64,000 nucleotides of DNA, taken from an uncultured virus (IMG/VR IMGVR_UViG_3300044991_001638). Its lineage: Duplodnaviria; Heunggongvirae; Uroviricota; Caudoviricetes. The position numbers and the translations under genes are program-made. The notes beneath the pieces are model-generated. The model saw only the letters and a program-made list of their open reading frames with translations, searched no databases and was not told where the DNA came from. This document shows, piece by piece, positions 40,201-50,138 of the stretch (position 1 is the stretch's first letter; each line of letters opens with the position of its first letter). The stretch lies in the IMG/VR virus record IMGVR_UViG_3300044991_001638; one strand, 5' to 3'.

Positions 40201-42329
40201 GGAGAGCATTTATTGCTGATATAAGTTCAACTCTAACCGCTCCTCCACCTGCTCCTCCAATAATTGTTGAGAATCCAAGAGAAACAAGAACAGTTGTTAC
40301 CGGTAATGTTGTAACAACAACAGAAAAGGTTAATAGTGTGGAAAATGTTCCAGTTCAAAAAGATAATATTAGTAAAAGAGTGTTAAGAGCATTACTATCT
40401 GAATGTGATTATTTTGAAGTTATGAAAGAAGAAACTCCTATGGTTTATGACAATCTTAAAGATAAATTAAAATTTTTTCAACCGGCATTTCATTCAACAA
40501 CACCTGAAGGTCTTAATACAAGGTTAACTTTTTTACAACAATGTATGAGACCTGGTGATACAATACCCGTAGTTAAAGGTGATGACTCAGGGGGTAAACC
40601 AATCTTAGAATATAATAATGCTACCAATACGGCTTTTGGGGCGCCACCAGTACTAGTATTAAGGGTTGGTGATTTTTATAACACTAAGATTATACCAACA
40701 AGTTTAAGTCTTGCATATGAAAATTTAGACATTAATCCTGAAGGTATTGGTATTCAACCTATGATTGCAAAAGTAACAATGGCATTTAATTTTGTTGGTG
40801 GTAGCGGATTAAAAGAATCCGTAGATAAACTACAAAATGCTTTAACGTTTAATTATTATGCTAACACTGAAATTTATGATGATAGAGCGGATTCAACAGA
40901 TTTAAGTTATAAAGTCATTGACAAAGACTTTATACAATCGTCAGCTTTAAGTAACGTTCCACCACCAACAATTAATGACGCTAAACCTAATGACGCATTA
41001 AGTAATGAATCAACTATTGGTACTATTATAACAAATAATATTAGTGAATCGGGACAAACGGGTAGCATTAGTTATGAAACATTTATGGATAAGCTTGTGG
41101 GTGAAACTCAAAACTATTTTAATACTGTTGTTAGTAAAAATAAAGAAGTGACAACTCAATATAATAATGCACTACGACAACAATGGATGTTAGAAAGAAA
41201 TTATACTAAAGGTGATATGACTGTTGGCACTGGGGATGGTATCTATACGGAGAAAAAGGTTGATTTATTTGGTAAACCATATAATACTGATAAAAGAATT
41301 AATGAAATAATCTCAGATTTAATTAAGGAAATTACATCAGACAACGACCCATTCATGCAATTTATAAGCAACCCTTCTAAAAATTTCTCATCAAGATTAG
41401 TTAAACAAGTTAAAGAAAATTATGTTAATGTTGTTAATACTAAAAAGGGGTCATATCAAAACGCGTTAACGACTATTATTCAGACTACTGTTGGAGTTCA
41501 ACAAAATTATATTGGATATCTGGCCAGAGCAAATACAGTCCTTTATAAGTCTATTCCTACTATTTCAGGAACTGACGGCTCACAACAAAAAAATGGTAAT
41601 GTTAGGTCGTTTATATTGTTTCCAACAACTGAGGTTAATTCAAGTTCACAAGGTTCAACTGATACATTATCGGAGTTTTTAATTGATGTCACAAAAATTA
41701 GTGACAATATTAAAGAATTTAATGGTATAGTTTTCAATGAAACTAATTTTCAATTTTCAGGTATAAATTATAAAGGTACTTTAGTTTTTCCGGTAGATAC
41801 TCCTTATACATTTCCTGGAAACGAAAAAGTTTTTGTACCTTTTAGTACAAATCAATCATACATTAATTTAAGTCCTACTTCAACATTTCAAAATACAACA
41901 TTTAAAATGGTTTACATGATTATTTCTGATGATGTTGTTGACGCAAAAAAATATGAAACTTTTAAAACTGCAATGATTGGTAATATACTTGGTAACGCTG
42001 GAATTATTGGAAACGGTGCAGATAATTTAAGTGAAGTTTTTGATGCTTATTGGGATAAAATAGCAAAACCGTTATTTATTGAAGAAAATAAAATAACTGA
42101 AGCGTTTATTTCATACATGGAAAAAGAAAAATTAGAACCCTTTTTGAAATATACACCATTCCCAAGTAAAAAAAGAATTTTTACTTATACAACGGAAGGT
42201 GCCGGAAGTGATGGGCAAGTTAAACTAATAAAATCATTAGGAGCAACACAAAACCAAAATACAAATAATCAAACATGGAACGACGTTGATGGTGCGTCGT
42301 TATTCATATCAAAAGTAAACTTTAATTAA
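37242..42329 (+). CDS. Very large baseplate/tail-initiation protein with internal OmpA-like domain
   Basis: WFPPY...W...FIGRPEPIYTYKNTSR and PPVLVLRVGDFY tube-initiator-like segments. Internal SAPATVGYNDELSVRRINSVIKFF. ATG at 37242 preferred to TTG at 37239. Confidence 0.6.
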   Translation: MGSPLDFVNSEGFRQKLIPRNLAPYAKSPSPATPPINFEVIQSNYSVVDSPDYLIDTPYFANSSYPLNKWGAEGGYHQAPDVSGNLNTLSNQGEYGPGQQDAHIVDSGFAATQIWRPLNGYSSNNNFDAGEAITTLNTFLPDQKQSNGQPYFKFVPSSYRPLSILLDNDPQGSNGLLSDDSFIARLGAKTLKKEFEDRIGRELLRQTLGHANILNINSGSNLVNILSGQIPLIEPNYTITVSSNPLAVAANFAVSLGGVTAPFSIIPGSYFDTSINPPQPTTIAQSLLANPIAAVGNFVSNLLGANKTGTQIFYNNTGAGQKSILWKNLNFNKFKPNYDKSLLDTLGGALVGTSTNTSNFYVGSTSSDPSRVFSPSGALPNDAFGNEQQDPVYGPSELAQLYEGPSNEIRLGANGPTYSNGGGIEGGFTWVSPKYKDNAGKHVGVGGEVTNQDSDFKPSSYNSTQSTERTFKEGSILDKTQRIIDSQPKGGKRLQHAGNAIDQVSKVFNDGYKEMTKGSRVLSYVGAIGQEVGTEYCRVFTKDTPYLQYNDLQKTDGITTEGRRFSYSVLDKTYNLNIAPNKQEGGKDSTNIIGSLNNAYAKKYMFSLENLAWATSNSPGLAVSDLAVCERGPNGGRVMWFPPYNLVFSESVQASWQSNDFIGRPEPIYTYKNTSRTGSLTWDIVVDHPSVLNIIVNKVMANETNKTRIDSILDSFFAGCRKYDLYELAKKYATINPNDLFQMQQAITSKEITKEQMEYVVSTITVESPIASSNGGGATSASTPIIGNTEYFMNKYNQIGFYFGNDFPKPDTSPNYTEEYNRYTSATNKNLYASKSNGAQLTQTFDTMVTPNYEIAKQMAIDVAEQIKNSEAGTVTIRINSSCSAPATVGYNDELSVRRINSVIKFFAENPATKDYITQRRLMVVAGTASGEVTSSTPMVSSTNVAPYTLPFSPGNSVNCTDTNLNAAGGDTMSSTAVFTSNAMACRRAFIADISSTLTAPPPAPPIIVENPRETRTVVTGNVVTTTEKVNSVENVPVQKDNISKRVLRALLSECDYFEVMKEETPMVYDNLKDKLKFFQPAFHSTTPEGLNTRLTFLQQCMRPGDTIPVVKGDDSGGKPILEYNNATNTAFGAPPVLVLRVGDFYNTKIIPTSLSLAYENLDINPEGIGIQPMIAKVTMAFNFVGGSGLKESVDKLQNALTFNYYANTEIYDDRADSTDLSYKVIDKDFIQSSALSNVPPPTINDAKPNDALSNESTIGTIITNNISESGQTGSISYETFMDKLVGETQNYFNTVVSKNKEVTTQYNNALRQQWMLERNYTKGDMTVGTGDGIYTEKKVDLFGKPYNTDKRINEIISDLIKEITSDNDPFMQFISNPSKNFSSRLVKQVKENYVNVVNTKKGSYQNALTTIIQTTVGVQQNYIGYLARANTVLYKSIPTISGTDGSQQKNGNVRSFILFPTTEVNSSSQGSTDTLSEFLIDVTKISDNIKEFNGIVFNETNFQFSGINYKGTLVFPVDTPYTFPGNEKVFVPFSTNQSYINLSPTSTFQNTTFKMVYMIISDDVVDAKKYETFKTAMIGNILGNAGIIGNGADNLSEVFDAYWDKIAKPLFIEENKITEAFISYMEKEKLEPFLKYTPFPSKKRIFTYTTEGAGSDGQVKLIKSLGATQNQNTNNQTWNDVDGASLFISKVNFN

Positions 42330-42652
42330 TGGCCTATCAATATTGGAATAGATATAGCGATTTTCTTATAAATGGAGAACAAACTACTGTGCCTTTTGTA
42401 AAAATACCACAAAAACCTACAGATAACGCTTACATATATAAGGTAGCTAGAAGTAGATTAGATGTTATTTCTCAAGAATATTATAACTCACCATATTTTG
42501 GTTGGTTAATATTACAAGCAAATCCACAATTTGGTGGATTAGAAAACAATATATATGATGGTGCGGTATTGATTATTCCTTATCCTCTACTACCTTCATT
42601 ACAAGATTATAAATCAGCTTTAGACAATTATTTTTATTATTATGGCAGGTAA
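42329..42652 (+). CDS. LysM-like baseplate wedge protein (gp53 / tail X-like)
   Basis: RLDVISQEYYNSPYFGWLILQANP...LIIP. Confidence 0.7.
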   Translation: MAYQYWNRYSDFLINGEQTTVPFVKIPQKPTDNAYIYKVARSRLDVISQEYYNSPYFGWLILQANPQFGGLENNIYDGAVLIIPYPLLPSLQDYKSALDNYFYYYGR

Positions 42653-45600
42653 TACACCAGGGGACAATAGCGGAAATATATATACAGAATTTGAATATAA
42701 TAATATTATTGTTGTAGACCCAAATAAAACTATTGATGCGTTTGGTAATATTAGGGAAAGATTGGTTGACCATGAAAAATTGGTTATGTTTGCCAACCTT
42801 GAAGCCGAAGTTGTACCAAGAACCAAACTATCAATTGGCGGAAGTCCCGAAGATAGGATTAGAACTATTTCTGTTGCAAAGATTAATTTTTTAAAACCAA
42901 CAAAAGGAACATCACTTACTTCTAGTTACTATGATGAGTTAACTGGTAAAAATTCAAGTACTGGGTCAGGAGAAAATCAAATAAGAGAAAAAACTATAAC
43001 CCCAAATGACGGAACTAAACCATACCAAACCGCTGTTATCAATAACCCTGGTAATACGTCAACAGATAACGGACTATTAGGTATTACAAGTATTAGGGTA
43101 ACAACAAATACTTCTTTTGTTCCAACAGTATCAATTGAATTAGAAGATATACAAGGAAGAGCTCTGTTTCAGTTAGGAGATAATTCACCTTATGCCGCGT
43201 TTTTTAATTTACCTTATTGCCCTTTTTATTTAACCCTTAAAGGTTTTTATGGTAAGGCAATTAGATACCAATTAAATTTAAAAACATTTAATGCCAGATT
43301 TAATTCTTTTAGTGGGAATTATCAAATAACTTTAGAATTTGTTGGATATAAGTTTAATATTTTAAACGAAATATCCATGGGTAGTTTATTGGCAACCCCA
43401 CACATGTACAGTACTAGATTTGATATTTCCAACTCATCTCCTAATAATACAGATAATGTCGTGACTCAAATTGTTAGTGAAAAAGGATATCAAAAAATTA
43501 GAGAAGTTTATAGTGAATATAAAGCAAAAGGATTAATTGCTCCTGATTTTCCGGAATTAACATTTGCGGAATTAATTGCTAGTTTAACAAATTTTGAAAA
43601 AAACATTATTAATACTTACACTAAAGTAGATGTCCAACCATTAACTGATATTAGAGCATATAAAGAAACTTTAAAAAACTATTATAATGAAATCTATGGG
43701 GCGACAACTTCTTGGTATAATACTTACATAAATCCAAAACCAATAGTTTTAAATAATAAAACTTTGGTTTACGCTTTAAAGGAAGAAATATTAAAAGACC
43801 CGGTAAAAGAACTAAAAGCCAAAACACTTTTAAGTGGTTATACAATTGAATATAATAAATTATTGGAATCTAATCAAACATTAGGTAAAACAGGTAAATC
43901 GCCGATTAAAAATGCGATTAATTACAACTCAATGTTAATTAATCTTACCCTTATTGATATTAATTTAGAAAAAACAACGATAGAACAAACAGGTAAGTTA
44001 TTACCAACAACCGCTGATACCAAAACTATTAAAGAGTATTTGGAAAAGATATTAGGACCAGAAAACGAAGTACCAAAAAATTCACCCGAACTCATACCAA
44101 TTAATACTATAATAAGACCATTATTTATTTTTAAAGAACAAAACGTTTCAAATTCATCTCCACCAAGATTTGAAAATTTAATTTCTCAGATTGAGGTAGA
44201 CGTTAGTCAAAAACTTACTGAATATGAAACAAAATTAACTGCCGATTTTGCAAAAAAAATTGAGGACACAAAATTAGGTATTGGGTTCAGTCCTACCGTT
44301 AGGAATATTTGTGCGGTTGTTATGGCGTCCGCCGAGGCGTTTATTAGATTACTTGATGAAGTACATACAAATGCGTGGAACGTTAAATATGACCCAGTAA
44401 GACAACTTGCAATTTTAGAAAACCCTTCTTCAGTTCAAGGTAGTGATACGCAAGATAATCTTAAAATGACTAATGAAGCCAAAAACGAAAATCAAGGATT
44501 ATCAACAAGTCAAATACCAGTATATCCTTGGCCGCAATTTTTTGTTGAAACTCCTGAAGATAAAAAAGGAAGATTCCAATTAAAATATCTTGCAGACCCT
44601 TCTGTTGTTGATATAACGCAAGGATGGAATTATTCAAAATGGCCCGAAGTTCAATTTGTTGAAGAATATATGAAAGGATTAACTCAAAAATTTAATCCTC
44701 CAAGTCCTCAATCCGATATTGATAGTCAGTCAACAACAAATATTATTAATATTAATGCTATTGAATATCCATCAAATGGTATCGCGTATGTTAATAAAGA
44801 AGAAATTAAATTTTTTTATGAAATATGGGAAAGACAGTTCTTAACCTCAAATTATTCTGGATTTATTAGGGCAAATGGAAATCAACTAAACCAACTAATT
44901 GATTTAGTTTCAAATTCTGAAACAAATAATATTATAACTAGTTTAGGTGTTAGTTCTCCATTTTTAAGTTTAAAATTAAAAAATTATGACTTAACTGCAG
45001 AAAAATATGAAAGTTTCTTGAACACCATATCAAATCAAGGAACTGGTAGGTCATATCAAGAATTTATTAGGGATATATATGTTACCCCATATATTAAAAA
45101 TATTACCGAAAATTCTTTCAATATTATTAATATAAATGAATTAGGTAAGTCACCAAAAAATAGTATTAAATTAGAATTATTAGAACAATTAGTTAAAAAT
45201 GCCAGTAACACGCCAATGATTATTGACACTTATCCGTTTACAAATTCAACATGGGTAAAAAATAATATGAGTCTTAGTGATAAATCAGAAGGTTTTGAGG
45301 TTTATAAAACAAATGAAAGTTTAAAAGTCTTCCAAGACAGAAATGTAATTTCAAATTTTAGTAGTGTGTATGATTATACTACTAACAGACCTGTTACAAA
45401 TTTTTCATATTTAAATGTTAGTAATCCAATAAATGAGATTAACGCAACAAATTTAAAAACATTTCTTGACACAAGAAAAAATCCTGACATTTTTATACCA
45501 ACAGAAGGTTATGTTAATCATTTTAGACCTGCAACAAATTTAACTACCGAAACGACTACCACAATATTAAACACACCTTACTTTATAAACGCAATTCAAA

Positions 45601-48600
45601 ATGGTGTTTATAGTTGGAGACAAAAAGATAAATACCCCTACATTCAAGCGGCATATCTTTTTATAAATTCATTGCCGTTGGCGTCTTTAAGGGAACGATA
45701 TAAAACATACGGTTCACCAAATGACTTAGATTATATCGCATCTTGTTTTAAAAAATTTGGAGCTATTCATAAAATGCCATATGCTTGGATTTTAAAAATG
45801 GGTTCTTTATGGTATCGTTATAAAACATATAAAATAACTGGAATTGATTTTATTGATACCGCTTGGGACAATTTTGACCCTAAAATTAATTTTGACCCAA
45901 TAACTAGTTCAGACACTAAAACATATAAATTTGAATTTGATGGAGTAAAAAACATATCATTAGTAAACAGTGAATCAAAAATGCAAGTAGGGTTTTACCC
46001 AAAGGTAATTAACGACTTTAATGTTTTTTATAATAGTTATGATTTATATAGTGGATATACCGATTCTGAAATACAAACAAGTGTTAATGGTGGTATGAAA
46101 GTTTATAATTTTCCTGAATCAAATATTAATCCAAGTTCCTCAGTTTCAAATCTTCTTGGTGGGACAACTAATACATCGTCTATCCAAACTTGGTCGGTTA
46201 TTTTACCTAATAATGTAATGGATTTTGAGGCGTTATCAGGAAATTGTTCACCAAATACAAACACAAGTAGTCCTAAATATTTTATTGTGCCTTCATTTGG
46301 TTCTCAAATAAATCAAGTTAATACTGAGTGTTTAATAAACAATGTTCAAATTTTACCATTCTCAAATGACCCGTCAATCTATAATGGTTCTGTTAGATTA
46401 CTATGGGCGGCACCAAACTACGGTTATTTTAATAATCTTCAAGTGGTTAAACCACAACCCGATTCATACATTAACGAAATTTTAACTGGTAATACAAAAC
46501 AATCATCATTTAAATTATTATTGGAAAATAACTATTCAAATATTGAAGAAATATTTTCGGTTTTTGATAAAGGAATTTTAGATAAATTCGAACAAGAATT
46601 TTTAAATTTTTCTAAACCTATTTCAGACATTGATTTAGGACCACAAGCTAATGTACCTATTAATACTTCACCTGTTGATAACAACGCAATTTTTAAAAAC
46701 TTTCAGTATTTGTTTAGAAGTTTAATGTCAGTTAATTCAAATAGCGAATTAACCAATACAGAATATTTTAATACACTTGGTAATTCACAATTAATTTCAT
46801 TTTCAAATACAATTAAATCATTCTTAGAATATGATGTTATTTTAAAATATGGTAATCCGGCAAATTATAAACGAAGAATTGTTGACTCGTTTTTAGCATC
46901 TAATGGTGGAAACAACGCAATTGTAGACCCAATACCTTTTAATTTATATGTCAACAATACATTACCATCAGCAAACGGAACAATTACTTTGGCACAATCC
47001 CAAGCAACATATCCTGAGGCTTGGTTGGCTTTAGAAACTGAAGTAGGGTTTTCGACAATTACAAATTTAAAATATACAAACCAAGGTTCTTATATTACAG
47101 ATTTTTTTATTGATAATAAAATTGAATTTTCAGTAGATAATATTACATTGTGTTCGCAACTCATTAAACAATATGCAACTCAAAAATTATATACCCCAAC
47201 AATAACTAGTTCAGAATTTAAAGGTAGACTTCAAGATTATTTACAAGGAACAAATACAATTCAAAATATTTTTTTAAATCAAATACTAACAAAGGTTAGA
47301 GCTGAATTACCAAACCAACAACAGTTACCTGAGAAAAAAATAGAAAGTGTGATTGACGGTCAACAAAGTAAAGTTGAAAATTATGAAGTGTTTAAAGCTT
47401 TAAATGATAAATGGATTGCTGGTGGAGATTTTACAAATAAAACTTTATTTGAAGATTTTTTATTTTTGGATAGAGCATCAAGAAATGTTGGTGATATTAT
47501 TCTTGTTGATATTTTTGATTTAAAAAATACTTTAAAAGAGAGTTCTATTAATATGGAAATGAGTGTATTCACATTTCTTAGTGGAATATTAATTAAGAAT
47601 AAATTTAATGTAATGCCATTGCCAGCATATGTTAATTTTTATAATGTACAAGATGCGGACGGGACTACAATATCTCAAAGTGCTGAAGGTTCTTTAGAGT
47701 TTGCCGATAATATGTGGGGAACGTTTTTAGATGTTGATTATAGAAAATCAGGTCCAAAATTAGTTTGTTTTTATGCCGGACTCCCCTCAGCTTATTTAGA
47801 TTTACCAAAAGGTAATTCTAGATTTAGAGACGATGCTTTTGATTTAAAACGGGCAAATAACCCGTTAATTGAAAATCAAGTTGGTAAAAAGGATTGGGCA
47901 CTGTCAAATAAATGTGTTGGATTTAATGTTGACATTGGAACAAGAAATCAAAATATATTTTATTCTTTTAATGTTTCTATGGATAGTGGTAAAGCAACTT
48001 CAGAAACAATTCAAACTCAGTTGAACATGGTTAACCAAGCAAATGGTAAAACTGTTGCAACTCAAAATAATGGTTTATATAATTTATATAAACAAAGAAG
48101 TTACCAATGCCAAGTTGTTTGTTTGGGAAATGCATTATTACAACCAACAATGTATTTTAATCTTAGACATGTTCCAATGTTTAATGGACCTTACTTAATT
48201 ACTGATGTTACTCATACTATTGGTTCGGGAGAATTTATTACAGCATTTACCGGAGTTAGACAAGGAGTTTTTGATTTACCTTCAATTGACAACTTTTTAC
48301 AAAGTATTAATCAAAATCTTTTAACCCAAATTGAAAGTATTATTTTAACAAATAAAGATAACGTTCCAGATAAACCATTAACTAACATTAATAAAACGGC
48401 ATTGTTGTCTCAAAATGGTGATAATGTTGCTGCGGCAGCAAATTCTTGTACTAATAATTTAAGTGATAATTATGTAACTTGGGGTGATTTTGTTGAATCT
48501 ATAACAACAGGATTATCACCTTTACAGTTTGCAAACGCAATAACCGCCAAAGTAACTAATACTGAGTTACAAACTACAATTTATTTGTTATGTTATGTCT

Positions 48601-49871
48601 TAACTTTTAATAAAGATAAATTTTATGGGTATAATAATAATTTTGCAAATGTTCCATTAAGTACAAATTGGGGGGCTAGTTCTATTTATTTTGTTCAAAA
48701 ACAATCATCTTGTGTTAAAATTCCTAATTCCTTAGGGGGATTAGTCTCACAACCTATTGCTAATTTTACAAATCTTGATAAATTTTTAGATTTTATGGTT
48801 GCAAGATTAACACCAAATATTAAAAGAATTTATTATGGAGAAAACGGTAATGCTCCTTTAGGTCTTTTAAAATACTACGTTTGTTATTGGAAACCACCAA
48901 CGGCAGAAAACCAAAACATTCCAGAATCTTATTTTGACGAAAATCAAGATGAGTTTACAAAATTATATGATACTTTTGAAGATGCTTACAAATCAGCAAT
49001 ACTAGTACAATTAGATTTTGAATCTGTAAAAAAAGCATATGATGCGGTTAAGCGTCAAACCCAACAAATTGTAAACCCTAATACAACAAATACAACTAAT
49101 AATCTTAATACAACAACATTACCACTACCAACTTGTTTTCCACCAACTATCACATCATTTTCACCATTAACGGGTGTTACTGGAACAATATTGAATATTA
49201 CAGGTACTGATTTAGGTACGGTAACCGCTGTGACAATAAATAATGTAACAACTACAACTGGAATTACTATTAATAGTGGTGTGAATATTGTGGTATTAAT
49301 TCCATTTAGTAATACACCAATACCTCAAGATAATACAATTACATTAAGTGGTGTTCATGGTATTGGAACAAGTACTACAATCTTTACATATAATCCATTA
49401 CAAACATCTGCCGCACCACCAACAGTTGCACCAAATCTTCCGTCAAATGTTAATACAAATTCACAACAAACTGGTCCGATACCTATGATTGGACAAACTC
49501 AAAATGGTGTTACATTTATTGGAAATGCGTCAGTTAATGTTGATATTAATCCTGTTCTTATTGGTACTTATACTTTCTTACCTACTAACAATTATCCTAA
49601 CATGAGATTTAAGGTTACTCAAGAAAACGTCGTGAATGATTCAACAATAACATCTACCGTATATGAAAGTAATATTATTGGTTTAGGCGATACTTACTTA
49701 ACTTCAAATAACTTCTATATGAATCAAGCCAACATATTAAGTGTCATTACTACTAATTGGCAAACACCACCATCAAATTGTAATATTATTTGTGACTTTA
49801 CATTATTTGCTAGGTCTTTAGTGTCTGGTCAACTATCAACTTACACTTTCAAACTGAATATACAATTATAA
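42642..49871 (+). CDS. Giant (2409 aa) baseplate hub-like virion protein with C-terminal IPT/TIG domain
   Basis: Hub-like ends (LLGITSI...IELEDIQG and LGNALLQPTMYF...GPYLITDVTHTI). PPTITSFSPLTGVTGTILNITG near the C-terminus. Confidence 0.55.
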   Translation: MAGNTPGDNSGNIYTEFEYNNIIVVDPNKTIDAFGNIRERLVDHEKLVMFANLEAEVVPRTKLSIGGSPEDRIRTISVAKINFLKPTKGTSLTSSYYDELTGKNSSTGSGENQIREKTITPNDGTKPYQTAVINNPGNTSTDNGLLGITSIRVTTNTSFVPTVSIELEDIQGRALFQLGDNSPYAAFFNLPYCPFYLTLKGFYGKAIRYQLNLKTFNARFNSFSGNYQITLEFVGYKFNILNEISMGSLLATPHMYSTRFDISNSSPNNTDNVVTQIVSEKGYQKIREVYSEYKAKGLIAPDFPELTFAELIASLTNFEKNIINTYTKVDVQPLTDIRAYKETLKNYYNEIYGATTSWYNTYINPKPIVLNNKTLVYALKEEILKDPVKELKAKTLLSGYTIEYNKLLESNQTLGKTGKSPIKNAINYNSMLINLTLIDINLEKTTIEQTGKLLPTTADTKTIKEYLEKILGPENEVPKNSPELIPINTIIRPLFIFKEQNVSNSSPPRFENLISQIEVDVSQKLTEYETKLTADFAKKIEDTKLGIGFSPTVRNICAVVMASAEAFIRLLDEVHTNAWNVKYDPVRQLAILENPSSVQGSDTQDNLKMTNEAKNENQGLSTSQIPVYPWPQFFVETPEDKKGRFQLKYLADPSVVDITQGWNYSKWPEVQFVEEYMKGLTQKFNPPSPQSDIDSQSTTNIININAIEYPSNGIAYVNKEEIKFFYEIWERQFLTSNYSGFIRANGNQLNQLIDLVSNSETNNIITSLGVSSPFLSLKLKNYDLTAEKYESFLNTISNQGTGRSYQEFIRDIYVTPYIKNITENSFNIININELGKSPKNSIKLELLEQLVKNASNTPMIIDTYPFTNSTWVKNNMSLSDKSEGFEVYKTNESLKVFQDRNVISNFSSVYDYTTNRPVTNFSYLNVSNPINEINATNLKTFLDTRKNPDIFIPTEGYVNHFRPATNLTTETTTTILNTPYFINAIQNGVYSWRQKDKYPYIQAAYLFINSLPLASLRERYKTYGSPNDLDYIASCFKKFGAIHKMPYAWILKMGSLWYRYKTYKITGIDFIDTAWDNFDPKINFDPITSSDTKTYKFEFDGVKNISLVNSESKMQVGFYPKVINDFNVFYNSYDLYSGYTDSEIQTSVNGGMKVYNFPESNINPSSSVSNLLGGTTNTSSIQTWSVILPNNVMDFEALSGNCSPNTNTSSPKYFIVPSFGSQINQVNTECLINNVQILPFSNDPSIYNGSVRLLWAAPNYGYFNNLQVVKPQPDSYINEILTGNTKQSSFKLLLENNYSNIEEIFSVFDKGILDKFEQEFLNFSKPISDIDLGPQANVPINTSPVDNNAIFKNFQYLFRSLMSVNSNSELTNTEYFNTLGNSQLISFSNTIKSFLEYDVILKYGNPANYKRRIVDSFLASNGGNNAIVDPIPFNLYVNNTLPSANGTITLAQSQATYPEAWLALETEVGFSTITNLKYTNQGSYITDFFIDNKIEFSVDNITLCSQLIKQYATQKLYTPTITSSEFKGRLQDYLQGTNTIQNIFLNQILTKVRAELPNQQQLPEKKIESVIDGQQSKVENYEVFKALNDKWIAGGDFTNKTLFEDFLFLDRASRNVGDIILVDIFDLKNTLKESSINMEMSVFTFLSGILIKNKFNVMPLPAYVNFYNVQDADGTTISQSAEGSLEFADNMWGTFLDVDYRKSGPKLVCFYAGLPSAYLDLPKGNSRFRDDAFDLKRANNPLIENQVGKKDWALSNKCVGFNVDIGTRNQNIFYSFNVSMDSGKATSETIQTQLNMVNQANGKTVATQNNGLYNLYKQRSYQCQVVCLGNALLQPTMYFNLRHVPMFNGPYLITDVTHTIGSGEFITAFTGVRQGVFDLPSIDNFLQSINQNLLTQIESIILTNKDNVPDKPLTNINKTALLSQNGDNVAAAANSCTNNLSDNYVTWGDFVESITTGLSPLQFANAITAKVTNTELQTTIYLLCYVLTFNKDKFYGYNNNFANVPLSTNWGASSIYFVQKQSSCVKIPNSLGGLVSQPIANFTNLDKFLDFMVARLTPNIKRIYYGENGNAPLGLLKYYVCYWKPPTAENQNIPESYFDENQDEFTKLYDTFEDAYKSAILVQLDFESVKKAYDAVKRQTQQIVNPNTTNTTNNLNTTTLPLPTCFPPTITSFSPLTGVTGTILNITGTDLGTVTAVTINNVTTTTGITINSGVNIVVLIPFSNTPIPQDNTITLSGVHGIGTSTTIFTYNPLQTSAAPPTVAPNLPSNVNTNSQQTGPIPMIGQTQNGVTFIGNASVNVDINPVLIGTYTFLPTNNYPNMRFKVTQENVVNDSTITSTVYESNIIGLGDTYLTSNNFYMNQANILSVITTNWQTPPSNCNIICDFTLFARSLVSGQLSTYTFKLNIQL

Positions 49872-49909
49872 TTTAACAAATAACGATATATTTATATATA
49901 AAGATAATT

Positions 49910-50134
49910 ATGGACATTAAAACAACATTAGACAACTACCTTGGTAAATCTACAAGATTTTCACAAGAAGATAACGGAGACGGAACTAAACAAGTTTGTG
50001 ATTTAGATACGGGAGATTGTTATACCGTAAGAGAAAAAGATGGTCTTATTGAAAGAGCCGGACACCAAACAACCGCCAATAGAAAAGTTAGAGTTGAAAC
50101 ATCTAAAGGTATAAAACAATTATTAAACGGATAA
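49910..50134 (+). CDS. Hypothetical protein
   Basis: 74 aa with VCDLDTGDC. Preceded by TATTTAT at 49889. Confidence 0.6.
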   Translation: MDIKTTLDNYLGKSTRFSQEDNGDGTKQVCDLDTGDCYTVREKDGLIERAGHQTTANRKVRVETSKGIKQLLNG

Positions 50135-50138
50135 TATA

